DNA of 63,755 nt, the filler included, from an uncultured bacterium (GTDB lineage Bacteria; Hinthialibacterota; Hinthialibacteria; Hinthialibacterales; Hinthialibacteraceae), in assembly GCA_964449065.1 (NCBI GenBank). It is 3 parts of 3 records of this genome, joined end to end, with 100 filler letters (N's around TTAATTAATTAA, not from the genome) between each part and the next. Parts side by side here need not be neighbours in the genome. Positions count along the whole stretch, not along the records: positions 1 to 21,829 come from CAYVAZ010000044.1; positions 21,930 to 43,496 come from CAYVAZ010000045.1; 1 more part is not named here. One strand, 5' to 3'. A model generated the notes under the pieces. That model was not told where the DNA came from, did no database searches, and saw nothing but the letters and a program-made list of their open reading frames with translations. Below are positions 19,355 through 29,554 of this stretch, piece after piece (position 1 is the first letter of the stretch; every line of letters starts with the position of its first letter). The position numbers and the translations under genes are program-made.

Positions 19355-20866
19355 ATGAAACTTCGGGATACGGGACAAATACAGAAACGCGCAAAAAAAG
19401 GGGGGATCCCCTGGTTATGGATTATTGTAATCGCAGCCATCGCTTACGGCGGATATTGGATCTACCACAATCCCCCCAAACTTTCGGGAATGAATGTTTC
19501 CATGCCGGACATATCCATTCCCTATATGTCAGCTACAGATAAAACACTCATCGTTCTCTTCATCCCAGGGCTCGATAATGATTTACTCACCAATTGGATT
19601 GACGAACTGCCTCAAATTCAACAACTCATCAACCAAGGCTCATGGCAAGAAATCCAATTCCATTCATCCGCCGATTTGGAAGCGGAATGGAGCAGCTTCG
19701 CCACCGGCAAACCGGTTTCATCCTTTCTTGATCAAATGCAATCATTAAAGAATACCTTCTTTAAAACAAATACACCTGCAGAACACACTCTGTTCCCTGA
19801 ATCATTATCAACCCTGCCCGTGAATACAGACCAATGCTTTTGGAATTGGTTAGAAGCAAAGCGCATCCCCTCTTTAATTCTTGATCAAAAAGTCAAAGCG
19901 GATATCAATCCAACTTTATTATCGTTTACAGAAGAGACCGTCGTTCGAAAAAATGAGATCCTAAACGCGCTGCAAGAAGCAAATGAACACTGCATCGTCG
20001 CCGTTTGGCATTCGGTTTTGCGCATGAATCAAAGACTCTATCCCGGCTTCGATGTAGAGCATCCCCTGCATGATATCGAACGCTCCAAAGCGGATGTTCA
20101 AAAAATCAAAACCATCTACATTGAATTAAACGCTCTCATAAAAGAGATCCAGACTGCCGCCGAACGGGAAGAATTGCAGTTCCTGCTTGTCTCCACGCAC
20201 GGAATCCCCCAAGCCCGCTATCAAGTCAATCTAAACACCTGGCTTTGGAAAAACGGTTACCTCACCTTCAACGGCGATAGTCAACCATCCGCAATCGCAA
20301 CCAACACGCTTCAAAGTTACCGCAATGCCGTCAATTGGTCCCAAACCAAAGCCTATTCGCTCGGCAAAGGCAACATCTTCATCAATCTCGATGGCAGAGA
20401 ACCCAACGGTTCGGTCAACCGGTTTCAATATGAAATGCTGGCTCGGGAAATACAGCAATCCCTGCAAGATTGGACGGACCACCGCTGGATTAACATGGGT
20501 GAACCGGTCGTTCAGTTTGTGTATCGATCACAAGCGGACAATCCAATCGAACCTAACCAAGAACCCGATCTTAAAATGCGTCTGCATCCTTCTTATACCT
20601 TTTCTTTTATAAGTACGCATGGGATTGCAGAACCGGTTGAAGCCATGATTCGCGATATTCAATTTCCCTCTGAAGTTCCCTACAACCAGCCGCGAAAGGG
20701 TCTAATGATTGCGAGCTGGAATCTGGAAACGCCAGTAGACAAGTCGATTAAAAACATTGCACCGGTGATTTTGAACTATTTCGAAGTGGAACCACCACAA
20801 TACATGAAAACCGGCTCTCCCGTAACAAGTGTCACCGCCAATCCCGGTCTATCCAATACAAACTAG
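19355..20866 (+). CDS. Membrane-anchored alkaline-phosphatase/phosphodiesterase-superfamily protein, apparently degenerate
   Basis: N-terminal TM; WSSFATG, VNLNTWLWKNGYL, VNWSQTKAYSLG..IFINLDGREPNGSV typical of the family; metal-ligand motifs altered. Confidence 0.65.
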   Translation: MKLRDTGQIQKRAKKGGIPWLWIIVIAAIAYGGYWIYHNPPKLSGMNVSMPDISIPYMSATDKTLIVLFIPGLDNDLLTNWIDELPQIQQLINQGSWQEIQFHSSADLEAEWSSFATGKPVSSFLDQMQSLKNTFFKTNTPAEHTLFPESLSTLPVNTDQCFWNWLEAKRIPSLILDQKVKADINPTLLSFTEETVVRKNEILNALQEANEHCIVAVWHSVLRMNQRLYPGFDVEHPLHDIERSKADVQKIKTIYIELNALIKEIQTAAEREELQFLLVSTHGIPQARYQVNLNTWLWKNGYLTFNGDSQPSAIATNTLQSYRNAVNWSQTKAYSLGKGNIFINLDGREPNGSVNRFQYEMLAREIQQSLQDWTDHRWINMGEPVVQFVYRSQADNPIEPNQEPDLKMRLHPSYTFSFISTHGIAEPVEAMIRDIQFPSEVPYNQPRKGLMIASWNLETPVDKSIKNIAPVILNYFEVEPPQYMKTGSPVTSVTANPGLSNTN

Positions 20867-20887
20867 CACTGCAAAAAGGAAATCCGC

Positions 20888-21781
20888 ATGAAAGACTATT
20901 GGGAACTTTGCCGTCCGTTTACCCTGCTTGCACCCGCCATCGGCATGATCGCGTTTGCCTTCGCCGGGTTTAAAGGCCAAACCGAACTGACCCTGCTTGA
21001 AGCGTTGCCTCTGATTCTGCTGGGCGCGTTCTCGGCGGCAGCCTTAAACGCCGCATCCAACATCGTCAACCAATACTACGATCTCGCAATCGACCGCATC
21101 AACAAGCCCAACCGTCCTTTACCTTCGGGAAGGGTACCGGTCACCAACGCGATGATTCTTTGTGTTGTGTGTTACATCCTTTCCATCATTGCGGCCTATC
21201 TGGTGAACCGGCAGTTCTTTTGGATCGTCCTATTGACCGCCTTGATTACATACTCCTATTCCGGTCCGCCGTTCCGCACCAAACAGTCCTGGTGGCTGGC
21301 CAATCTCACCATCGCCATTCCCCGCGGCTGCCTGCTGGTTGTTGCCGGCTGGACCATCGTCCGCAGTGTGTGGGATTTTGAAATATGGATTATCGGGGCA
21401 GTCTTTGGGTTGTATGTCTTGGGCGCCGCCACGACGAAAGATTTCGCCGATATCGAAGGTGACCGCGCGGGCGGATGCTTCACCTTGCCGGTGCGCTTTG
21501 GTATTGTAAAAAGCGCGTGGATGATTTCGCCTTTTTTTGTGCTGCCCTTTTTGCTTTTACTTTACGCGTCAATTATAGGGTGGTTGGAAGCCAACCGATT
21601 GGTCATGATCACTCTCTCAATCATATTATGTCTGTGGGGGGCGTATGTAGCCTATCTCATTGTCCGCAAACCGTCTGAACTTGCTACCGAAGCCAATCAC
21701 GTTTCCTGGAAACACATGTATCTAATCATGGTCGCCGGACAACTGGGAACGGTAGCAGCCTATTGGATACCGTCTTTCTAG
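20888..21781 (+). CDS. UbiA-superfamily prenyltransferase (DGGGP synthase/chlorophyll synthase-like branch)
   Basis: NQYYDLAIDRINKPNRPLPSG, YSGPPFRTK, KDFADIEGDRAGGCFTLPV. Confidence 0.88.
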   Translation: MKDYWELCRPFTLLAPAIGMIAFAFAGFKGQTELTLLEALPLILLGAFSAAALNAASNIVNQYYDLAIDRINKPNRPLPSGRVPVTNAMILCVVCYILSIIAAYLVNRQFFWIVLLTALITYSYSGPPFRTKQSWWLANLTIAIPRGCLLVVAGWTIVRSVWDFEIWIIGAVFGLYVLGAATTKDFADIEGDRAGGCFTLPVRFGIVKSAWMISPFFVLPFLLLLYASIIGWLEANRLVMITLSIILCLWGAYVAYLIVRKPSELATEANHVSWKHMYLIMVAGQLGTVAAYWIPSF

Positions 21782-21829
21782 TAGTCTGTCAATCAAAAAA
21801 TGACGGCTGGCTATCCGTTGTTCCCCCCC
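21778..21829. mobile_element. MITE family A end, truncated by contig break
   Basis: CTAGTAGTCTGTCAATCAAAAAATGACGGCTGGCTATCCGTTGTTCCCCCCC matches the reverse complement of 5403-5455. Confidence 0.8.
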
Positions 21830-21929
21830 NNNNNNNNNNNNNNNNNNNNNNNNNNNNNNNNNNNNNNNNNNNNTTAATTAATTAANNNNNNNNNNNNNNN
21901 NNNNNNNNNNNNNNNNNNNNNNNNNNNNN
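21830..21929. other. Artificial contig join (Ns plus TTAATTAATTAA all-frame stop linker)
   Basis: Seen directly. Confidence 0.95.
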
Positions 21930-21980
21930 GATTTAAATCTCGCAACAATACCTACCGTATAGAATTTTGCGTAACATGAG

Positions 21981-22964
21981 TTAATACTCTAACAACGTGG
22001 CTCCCCACGTTAACCCGCCCCCGAATGAAACAAACAACAACATATCCCCTGGCATCACCTTGTCTTCCATTACCGCTTCGTGCAGCGCCATCGGAATCGT
22101 TGCCGCGGAGGTATTGGCATATTTATGCACATTCACAAATACCTTCTCCATCGATAACTTTAGCCGGTCGGCCACTGCTTCAATAATCCGGATATTCGCC
22201 TGATGGGGGATCACCCACTTCACTTCACTGATATCCCGGCCGCATTTTGCCAACACATCCAAACAGGATTGGCTCATCACCTTCACGGCCAATTTATAGA
22301 TGTTGCGGCCGTTCATATACAAGCAATGTGATTTCTCTTGTACAGCCTTCTCATTGATCGGATGCTTGGAGCCGCCATGTTTTTGATACAACAATTCCGC
22401 GGATGAGCCGTCTGAACCGAGTATGGTTTCATAAATACCGCCCGTTTCTGCCGGCTGCAAAACCGCGGCGCCGGCCCCGTCGCCAAACAACACGCAGGTG
22501 TTGCGGTCATCCCAATCCACAACCTTACTCAATACATCCACCCCCACCAACAACACATTCTTGAACCGGCCCGATTCGATATAGGCCTGCGCGACCGAGA
22601 GCCCGTACAAAAAACCGGTACAAGCGGCCGATAAATCAAACGCCAACGTATGCGGCGCTCCCAGTTTATCCTGCAATAAACAAGCGGTAGCCGGAAAGGG
22701 ATAATCTGGCGTGATGGTGGCCACCAAAATGGCATCCAGTTGTTCGGCATGAAGACCGGCGGTATCGAGAGCTTGCCGCGAGGCGAGTAAGGCGAGATCG
22801 GATGCGGCGGTGTGTTCATCGGCAATGTGGCGTTCTGACATGCCGGTCCGTTCTTTGATCCATTCATCGGATGTATCGACCATTTTCTCCAAATCATGGT
22901 TGGTCAACACGGTTTCAGGAACCGACATTCCCGTTGCGACTATTCTTGCACGAACCACATCCAC
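21981..22964 (-). CDS. fabH: Beta-ketoacyl-ACP synthase III
   Basis: DTSDEWIKERTG, AACTGF, PHQAN, NTSAATIP, FGGGLTWG. Confidence 0.96.
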   Translation of the reverse strand: MDVVRARIVATGMSVPETVLTNHDLEKMVDTSDEWIKERTGMSERHIADEHTAASDLALLASRQALDTAGLHAEQLDAILVATITPDYPFPATACLLQDKLGAPHTLAFDLSAACTGFLYGLSVAQAYIESGRFKNVLLVGVDVLSKVVDWDDRNTCVLFGDGAGAAVLQPAETGGIYETILGSDGSSAELLYQKHGGSKHPINEKAVQEKSHCLYMNGRNIYKLAVKVMSQSCLDVLAKCGRDISEVKWVIPHQANIRIIEAVADRLKLSMEKVFVNVHKYANTSAATIPMALHEAVMEDKVMPGDMLLFVSFGGGLTWGATLLEY

Positions 22965-22970
22965 CTCCTA

Positions 22971-23966
22971 TTATACCGGAGCCGATGTGGCTTCGAGTAG
23001 TTGCATCATTTCATCGATACGGCACAGTTGTGCCTGGTTTCGCGCGGATTTAATTCCATTCGCGATGGCCCTTGATCCGGATCGTCCATGACCGATGAGA
23101 CAGTGCCCTTGTACGCCCAATAAAGCCGCGCCGCCATAGCGGGTGTAATCGACCCGCGCCATGGTTTCACGCAACAGTTGGCCGCCGTGTTTTATGTTTT
23201 CATCATGCCCCAACACATGCTCGGTTTCATCTTGTAAGGTTTGGGCGAACATCGCGCTGAGTCCTTCACCGAATTTTAAAATCACATTGCCGATAAAGCC
23301 GTCGCAGACCACCACATCAGCCGCGTCGCGCATGATATCGACCCCTTCAATATTGCCGATGAAGTGAATGGGGGCTTCTTCCAACAATTTATAGGCGGCT
23401 ATGGTCAGCTCATTGCCTTTGCTTTTTTCTTCACCGATGGATAGCAAACCAACGCGGGGATTCTCATGGCCGAATACGGTGCGGCTGTAGACCGAGCCTA
23501 ATATCCCAAATTGCAGCAAATGTTCCGGTTTGCAATCGACCGTTGCGCCGGCATCCAACAATAATGTTTCCCCGCTAAGGTGCGGCATGGGGCACACAAT
23601 TCCGGCGCGGGACACGTTTTTGATGCGTCCCAATATATACATGGCAAAGGCGACGGTCGCGCCGGAATTTCCCATGGAAATCACGGCATCAGCACGATCT
23701 TCTTTAACCAATTGCATGGCGACAGCTATCGAAGAATCTTTGCGGTTTTTCAACGCATTGGAAGGTGAGTCATGCATGGTGACGACGGAGGGTGCATGGA
23801 TAATATCTACAGGAACATCCTTGCATAGGGGTTCCAATACATCCTGCTGGCCGACCAGCAAAATCTCCGTGTCACGATCCTCCTGGCGAAATAACCGAAC
23901 CCCTTCCATCACATCTTGTGGAGCGCGGTCCCCCCCCATTCCATCAACTGCAATACGGTAAGCCAT
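22971..23966 (-). CDS. plsX: Phosphate acyltransferase PlsX
   Basis: IAVDGMGGDRAP, LLDAGA, GEEKSKG, DVVVCDGFIGN, GGAALLG; rpmF-plsX-fabH order. Confidence 0.96.
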   Translation of the reverse strand: MAYRIAVDGMGGDRAPQDVMEGVRLFRQEDRDTEILLVGQQDVLEPLCKDVPVDIIHAPSVVTMHDSPSNALKNRKDSSIAVAMQLVKEDRADAVISMGNSGATVAFAMYILGRIKNVSRAGIVCPMPHLSGETLLLDAGATVDCKPEHLLQFGILGSVYSRTVFGHENPRVGLLSIGEEKSKGNELTIAAYKLLEEAPIHFIGNIEGVDIMRDAADVVVCDGFIGNVILKFGEGLSAMFAQTLQDETEHVLGHDENIKHGGQLLRETMARVDYTRYGGAALLGVQGHCLIGHGRSGSRAIANGIKSARNQAQLCRIDEMMQLLEATSAPV

Positions 23967-23984
23967 AGGTCCCTGCCAATTTGA

Positions 23985-24155
23985 TTACTCGCCTACAAAT
24001 TTATCGTTGTAGTATCCGCAATGCGGGCAGACGCGGTGAGGCATCTTTACCCCGCGGCAGTTCGTGCACTCTACCAGCGATTTCGTTTTCACCGCATGGT
24101 GTGCCTGCTTCATGCCGCTGCGGGAATGCGACTTTCTTCGTTTGGGATGAGCCAT
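23985..24155 (-). CDS. rpmF: 50S ribosomal protein L32 (Zn-ribbon form), absent from the ORF track
   Basis: My translation: MAHPKRRKSHSRSGMKQAHHAVKTKSLVECTNCRGVKMPHRVCPHCGYYNDKFVGE*; canonical position before plsX. Confidence 0.95.
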   Translation of the reverse strand: MAHPKRRKSHSRSGMKQAHHAVKTKSLVECTNCRGVKMPHRVCPHCGYYNDKFVGE

Positions 24156-24216
24156 TCTGCACCTCGTTCAAATGTATCGATTCGGTAAACTTTACTTTTC
24201 TATAAACGTTACATTT

Positions 24217-24708
24217 CTACTTCAGTTGGAATTTTTCTTTCACCTTACGTTCCACACACGGGGGAACAAATGAACTGATATCCCCATTGTAACGCGCGAC
24301 TTCTTTGACCGTGCTGGAACGCAGAAAAAAATATTCTTCTGCCGGCGTCAAAAAAATTGTATCAAATTCATCATGCAGCCTGCGGTTGGTCAGCGCCATC
24401 TCAAATTCATACTCAAAATCGGAAACCGCACGCAATCCCCGCAATACCGCCGTCGCGTTTTTTTGGCGATAATAATCGACCAACAATCCTTCAAACGATT
24501 CTATTTGTACCCGGCCGCTTACCTTGCCGGCTGTTTCTTGCAACAGTTCCAGCCGCTCTTCGATTGGAAATAGAGGCTTCTTTCCCGGATTTGCGACTAC
24601 AGCCATAATCACACGGTCAAACATCCGCAAACCACGGTCTAACAGATCCAGATGCCCGTTGGTTACCGGATCAAAACTGCCTGGATACAGTAAAATTCCA
24701 CCGGACAT
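24217..24708 (-). CDS. coaD: Phosphopantetheine adenylyltransferase
   Basis: YPGSFDPVTNGH, RGLRAVSDFEYE, SSTVKEVA. Confidence 0.97.
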   Translation of the reverse strand: MSGGILLYPGSFDPVTNGHLDLLDRGLRMFDRVIMAVVANPGKKPLFPIEERLELLQETAGKVSGRVQIESFEGLLVDYYRQKNATAVLRGLRAVSDFEYEFEMALTNRRLHDEFDTIFLTPAEEYFFLRSSTVKEVARYNGDISSFVPPCVERKVKEKFQLK

Positions 24709-24859
24709 AGGCTTCCTTTGTTGTATGGAAAACGTTGTTCTTATACGTTCTTTTTATCAATTACGTGAAGAACCTGTATAAGAACGGAACAACTATTATC
24801 TCTTGGGTTAGCAATTTGTTCAAGGACTGTGATAAACGTCACATAAATCATTATCCTGT

Positions 24860-26017
24860 TCAATTTCCAACACGCAAGGCATATTCTTGAAGAATTTGCC
24901 CTGCCTTCTCAATTTCTTCTTCCGTTGTCATTTTTCCCAAACTAAACCGAACACCTTCCCATGCCTGACGTTCATTAAGCCCCATTGCCATCAGCACGGG
25001 TGATGCTTCTGAAGCCCCCGATGCACAGGCCGGGCCGGGCGAGCAGCACAATCCCATACGGTCCAAGGCATCCGCAACCCGTTCGCCCTTCATCCCCACA
25101 AAACGTACATGCAAGGTTTGCGGTAAACTTAAAGAGTCCGGAACGGTTTGAACAATCTCTAAACTCAGATTGGATAGGATGTTCGAAAGCCTACCCCGAA
25201 GCCGTTTCACATAATCGTTCCATGAATCCCGGTCTTTTGCCATCAATTCCGCCGCTTTCCCCATACCAACCGCACCGGCTGCGTTTACGGTACCGGCACG
25301 AAACCCCGCTTCTTGCGATCCTTTAAACAAGGGATTGATTTCATTTCCGCCGCGCAAAATTAACGCCCCGATCCCTTTCGGCCCATAAAATTTATGCGCC
25401 GATAACGAAATAGACGAAATGATATTTTCTGGAAAATTCATCTCAATCCGTCCGGCCCATTGGGCGGCATCGGTATGAAAAAACGTAGATGATTTTTTTT
25501 CGTTCACAATCCGCGCCGCTTCCGCAACCGGCTGGATTGATCCGGTTTCGTGATTTGCTGTCATTATAGCAATAATATCATACGGCCCGTGTTGTTCCAG
25601 AAAGGATAAATCCACCACGCCATGAGAATCGACCGGGATAAAATCCACACGCGCACCCAGCAGCCACAACTTCTTGGTACAAGCCATGACACAGGGATGC
25701 TCTACCGCGCTGACAGCCGCCCGAATTGAATCCGGCTTGCAACCGCACTCACACAGATACTCAAACCGTCCTTGAAGGGCCAAAAAGTTGGATTCCGTCG
25801 CCCCGCTGGTAAATACAACATCGTCCGGGTGGCTTTGCGTTAAATCGGCGATTTGGGTTCGAGCGGTTTCCAGCGCTCTCCAGGCGGCTTGCCCGGCTTG
25901 ATGGCGGCTGGAGGGATTGCCGAAGATACTGCTCCAATACGGCTGCATGGCCTCAATAACTTGTGGATGCACCGGCGTGGTGGAGTTGTAATCCAAAAAT
26001 ACCGGTGGTCCTGTCAT
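24860..26017 (-). CDS. Cysteine desulfurase (IscS/NifS group I)
   Basis: LDYNSTTP, GNPSS, SGATES, SAHKFYGPKG, GPAC active-site Cys. Confidence 0.92.
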   Translation of the reverse strand: MTGPPVFLDYNSTTPVHPQVIEAMQPYWSSIFGNPSSRHQAGQAAWRALETARTQIADLTQSHPDDVVFTSGATESNFLALQGRFEYLCECGCKPDSIRAAVSAVEHPCVMACTKKLWLLGARVDFIPVDSHGVVDLSFLEQHGPYDIIAIMTANHETGSIQPVAEAARIVNEKKSSTFFHTDAAQWAGRIEMNFPENIISSISLSAHKFYGPKGIGALILRGGNEINPLFKGSQEAGFRAGTVNAAGAVGMGKAAELMAKDRDSWNDYVKRLRGRLSNILSNLSLEIVQTVPDSLSLPQTLHVRFVGMKGERVADALDRMGLCCSPGPACASGASEASPVLMAMGLNERQAWEGVRFSLGKMTTEEEIEKAGQILQEYALRVGN

Positions 26018-26053
26018 GATCGTCTCTTATCTTTGTTTCACAAACGAATCCAT

Positions 26054-26232
26054 CGTCACACATGAATAGATAGTAGCCTTGCCTTTATCCCCCCTTTGAT
26101 TAAGGGGAGCAGTGGGGACTGAAGCACGCTTTCAACAACGCAAAATCCCCCGGAGCCTACGGCTCTCCCCCCTTATACAAGGGGGGAAACAACGGATCGC
26201 CAGCCGTCCTTTTTAAATTGACACAATACTAG
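26054..26232. mobile_element. Hybrid MITE (inverted B core joined to an A-type end)
   Basis: 26054-26185 matches the reverse complement of ~5545-5679; 26180-26232 matches 5401-5455 and ends in CTAG. Confidence 0.75.
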
Positions 26233-27311
26233 AGTATTTGCGCGGTTTCCGCCCACGGCGTTTTCATTCCCGATGACATGGCGATTGGAATTAACCTCTC
26301 CATCAAACTTTGAAATCCTTGTTCATCCAACGATTGCTTCCCGTCGGATATCGCTTTCGCGGGTTCCGGGTGAACTTCGACGATCAAGCCGTGGCAGCCG
26401 CAGGCCACCGCGGCCAAACTCATCGGGATGATCATATCCGCGCGCCCTGTTCCATGGCTGGGATCCACGATCACCGGCAGGTGCGTGAGTTTTTTTAGCG
26501 CCGGGACCGCGTTTAAATCCAGCGTATTGCGGTATTCATCTTCAAACGTGCGGATACCGCGTTCGCACAAAATTACCTTGCTGTTGCCGCAGGCCGCAAT
26601 GTACTCTGCCGACATCAGCCACTCGACTATGGTGGAGGCCATGCCGCGTTTTAACACAATCGGTTTATCGGTATCGCCCAATGATTTCAGCAAGGTGAAG
26701 TTCTGCATGTTCCGTGCGCCGATTTGGATGATATCGGAATATTTTTCCACCAATCGGAGGTGGTGGGCATCCATTAATTCGGTGACGATTGCCAGGCCAT
26801 ATTCTTCGCGGGCTTCCGCCAGCAACTTTAGGCCTTCTTCTTCCAGTCCCTGAAAACTATAGGGGGAAGTGCGCGGTTTAAACGCCCCGCCGCGGAGAAT
26901 TTTTGCGCCATGCGCTTTCGCGATGCGGGCCGATTCCATAATCTGCTCGCGGGTTTCAACCGAACAAGGCCCCGCCATCATGATCATTTCATCCCCGCCG
27001 ATGCTGACGGTTTCTTGGCCCTCTTTCCACTTGAAGTTGATGTCGATGACCGAATCGGGGCGATGCAACCCCTTGCGGACTTCGCGGCACACCAATTTGT
27101 AAGGCGGCAAAATAAATTCAACTTTGCTGACGCCTTTTTGCGAGTTGATCCGTTCCGAAAGACCGTCTTTGCCCCGTTCATCTCCAACAGCGGCCAACAC
27201 GGTCAATGTGGACCCCTGAATGGGATGGACAGAATATCCTGCCTCTTCGATAATCGATTCGACATTTTCAATGTCTTCCTGGGTGGCATCCAGGCTCATG
27301 GTGATAATCAC
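26229..27311 (-). CDS. aroF: DAHP synthase type I-beta with N-terminal regulatory domain
   Basis: AGPCSVE, GGAFKPRTSPYSFQG, GARNMQN, CERGIRTF, DPSH. Likely start is GTG 27311 after a GAGG RBS. Confidence 0.92.
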   Translation of the reverse strand: MIITMSLDATQEDIENVESIIEEAGYSVHPIQGSTLTVLAAVGDERGKDGLSERINSQKGVSKVEFILPPYKLVCREVRKGLHRPDSVIDINFKWKEGQETVSIGGDEMIMMAGPCSVETREQIMESARIAKAHGAKILRGGAFKPRTSPYSFQGLEEEGLKLLAEAREEYGLAIVTELMDAHHLRLVEKYSDIIQIGARNMQNFTLLKSLGDTDKPIVLKRGMASTIVEWLMSAEYIAACGNSKVILCERGIRTFEDEYRNTLDLNAVPALKKLTHLPVIVDPSHGTGRADMIIPMSLAAVACGCHGLIVEVHPEPAKAISDGKQSLDEQGFQSLMERLIPIAMSSGMKTPWAETAQIL

Positions 27312-27494
27312 GATAGTATCCTCACTCTGCAATATCCTGCAAGACAATACACATTTAACTTGCTGGATCGCATTATAAAAGATGAATCCCCACATGCAAA
27401 GCGGTTTGTTAGAATCGATGTGTTTCGAAATAAATATCAAAGGGGAGCGTCGGCTTCCAGCCGGTGCTTTTCGGCGATTCAATTTTGAACCACT

Positions 27495-29441
27495 CTAGGA
27501 AATGTTTTCTAATGATTCAATCACGTCTTCCCATTCGATGTAGAGGCTTTCTTTTTGGGATTGGATATGTTTGTAGCGTTTGGTGACTTCGCTGATTTTG
27601 GCGGGGTCTTTTAAGACCTGCTCATCCACCATTTGGGTTTCGAGTTGTTTCATTTCGTCTTCGATATCATTGATTTGCTCTTCGAGTGATGCGTGGCGTT
27701 GTTCGATTTCTTTTTTGATTTTGGAGCGTTGATTACGTTCTTTGGCTTCGCGGCGTTTTTGTTCTTTCCGGTCTTCGCGGCTGATGGATGCATCTTGTTT
27801 GGCTTGGGCGGTCAGTTTTGCTTCCCGCGTTTGGCGTTCGGCGGTTTTCCGATCCCAATATTCTTTAAATGAGCCATGAAAGAGGCGCATGTGTCCGGCT
27901 TGCAGTTCCCACACCTGCTGAGCGAGGCGTTCGGCAAAGAGGCGGTCGTGGGAGACGAAGATCAAGGTGCCGGGGAACTTGTGCAGGGTGTTTTCGAGGG
28001 TTTCGACGGTGGAGATATCCAAGTGGTTGAGGGGCTCATCCATCATCATAACGTTGCAGGGATGAACCAAGAGTTTGGCGAGGGCAAGGCGGCTTTTTTC
28101 ACCACCGCTGAGAACCTTAACCGGTTTCATGACGTCATCGCCTTTGAACAAGAAGGCTCCTAAAACATTGCGCAGTTGGGTTTGCATTTCCGCGGGGGCG
28201 GAATTGGCGAGTTCTTCCAACACGCTGTTGGTGGATTCTTGCAGTTCGGCGTGCTGCTGTGAGAAGTAGGAGATATGGGTGTTGTATCCCCAGGTGACGG
28301 TTCCTTCAGAGGGTTCGCGTACCTTGGCCATGATGGAGAGCAGCGTGCTTTTACCGGCGCCGTTGGCGCCCCATACGGCGATACGGTCTCCACGGTAGAT
28401 GGCCGCGTTGATGTCGCGGATGGCGGTGAGATTGCCGTAGCGGTGAGTGACCTTTTCGATGGCGAGAACTTCTTTGCCGCTGCGGGGCGTTTCGGGCATG
28501 GGGATGTTGATCGTGGCGGCTTCGTCTTGGATTTCGACCAGATCGATTTTTTCGATTTGCTTGATGCGCGATTGTGCTTGTGTGGCTTTGGTGCTTTTGG
28601 CGCGGAAGCGGTCGACGAAGGACTGTAAATGCGCGATTTCTTTTTCCTGGTTTTTGCGGATGGCGATGAGTTGCTCTTTTTCTTCTTCTTTGTACTTTTT
28701 GTAAGCGGAATAGTTGCCGAAAAAGGTGCGGAATTTTTTGCGGTCGATTTCGGCGATGTTGGTTACGATGCGGTCCAGAAAGTAGCGGTCGTGGCTGACG
28801 ACCACCATGCCGGAATCGGAGGATTTGAGATAATCCTCCAGCCAAGCGAGGGAATCGGGGTCGAGGTGGTTGGTGGGTTCGTCGAGAAGATAGATATCGG
28901 GGCGTTGTAAAAGCAGGCGGGCGAGCAGCACACGCATACGCCAGCCGCCGCTGAATTCGGAGACCGGCCGTTCCCAGTCTTCGTGTTTGAACCCCAGCCC
29001 GAGCATCACTTTTTTGGCATCGGATTCGCGTTGATAGCCTCCGCGGGCGGTAAATTCATCCTGCAAGCCGCCATAGCGTTCCAATGACTTTTTGTGCGCG
29101 TCGGAATGTTCCTCCAACCGTTCTATTTCATGCAGCAGGCGGGCCATTTCGTCTTCCATTCGGTTCAAGGGTTGAAAGGCATCCCAGAGCCATTCGCGTA
29201 CGGTTCCTTGCGGGGCTTCGGCGCTGTCTTGCGGCAGGTAGCCGAGGTGCAGGTTTTTGGATGTTTCGACTGTGCCTTCATCCAATTCGTGTTCGCCGGT
29301 TAATACACGCAGCAATGAGGTTTTGCCGGAGCCGTTGGCGCCGACCAGACCGGTTCGCTGAGTGGTATCGATACGCCAGTTTAAATTATTGAAGATTTCT
29401 TTGCCGCCCAAAAGCAGGCGGGCGTTGTTGAGGGAGATCAT
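27495..29441 (-). CDS. ABC-F family ATPase (YheS/Uup-like)
   Basis: Two Walker A motifs (GANGSGKT, GANGAGKS), FSGGW/LSGGE, DEPTNHLD, no TM segments, C-terminal coiled coil. Confidence 0.93.
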   Translation of the reverse strand: MISLNNARLLLGGKEIFNNLNWRIDTTQRTGLVGANGSGKTSLLRVLTGEHELDEGTVETSKNLHLGYLPQDSAEAPQGTVREWLWDAFQPLNRMEDEMARLLHEIERLEEHSDAHKKSLERYGGLQDEFTARGGYQRESDAKKVMLGLGFKHEDWERPVSEFSGGWRMRVLLARLLLQRPDIYLLDEPTNHLDPDSLAWLEDYLKSSDSGMVVVSHDRYFLDRIVTNIAEIDRKKFRTFFGNYSAYKKYKEEEKEQLIAIRKNQEKEIAHLQSFVDRFRAKSTKATQAQSRIKQIEKIDLVEIQDEAATINIPMPETPRSGKEVLAIEKVTHRYGNLTAIRDINAAIYRGDRIAVWGANGAGKSTLLSIMAKVREPSEGTVTWGYNTHISYFSQQHAELQESTNSVLEELANSAPAEMQTQLRNVLGAFLFKGDDVMKPVKVLSGGEKSRLALAKLLVHPCNVMMMDEPLNHLDISTVETLENTLHKFPGTLIFVSHDRLFAERLAQQVWELQAGHMRLFHGSFKEYWDRKTAERQTREAKLTAQAKQDASISREDRKEQKRREAKERNQRSKIKKEIEQRHASLEEQINDIEDEMKQLETQMVDEQVLKDPAKISEVTKRYKHIQSQKESLYIEWEDVIESLENIS

Positions 29442-29454
29442 GAATTCACCTAAA

Positions 29455-29554
29455 NNNNNNNNNNNNNNNNNNNNNNNNNNNNNNNNNNNNNNNNNNNNNN
29501 NNNNNNNNNNNNNNNNNNNNNNNNNNNNNNNNNNNNNNNNNNNNNNNNNNNNNN
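29455..29554. other. Scaffold gap (100 N)
   Basis: Seen directly. Confidence 0.95.

Noticed and set aside
21830..21929. TTAATTAATTAA palindrome inside N runs (also at 43541-43552)
   Set aside because: Artificial all-frame stop linker used to concatenate contigs; not biological.
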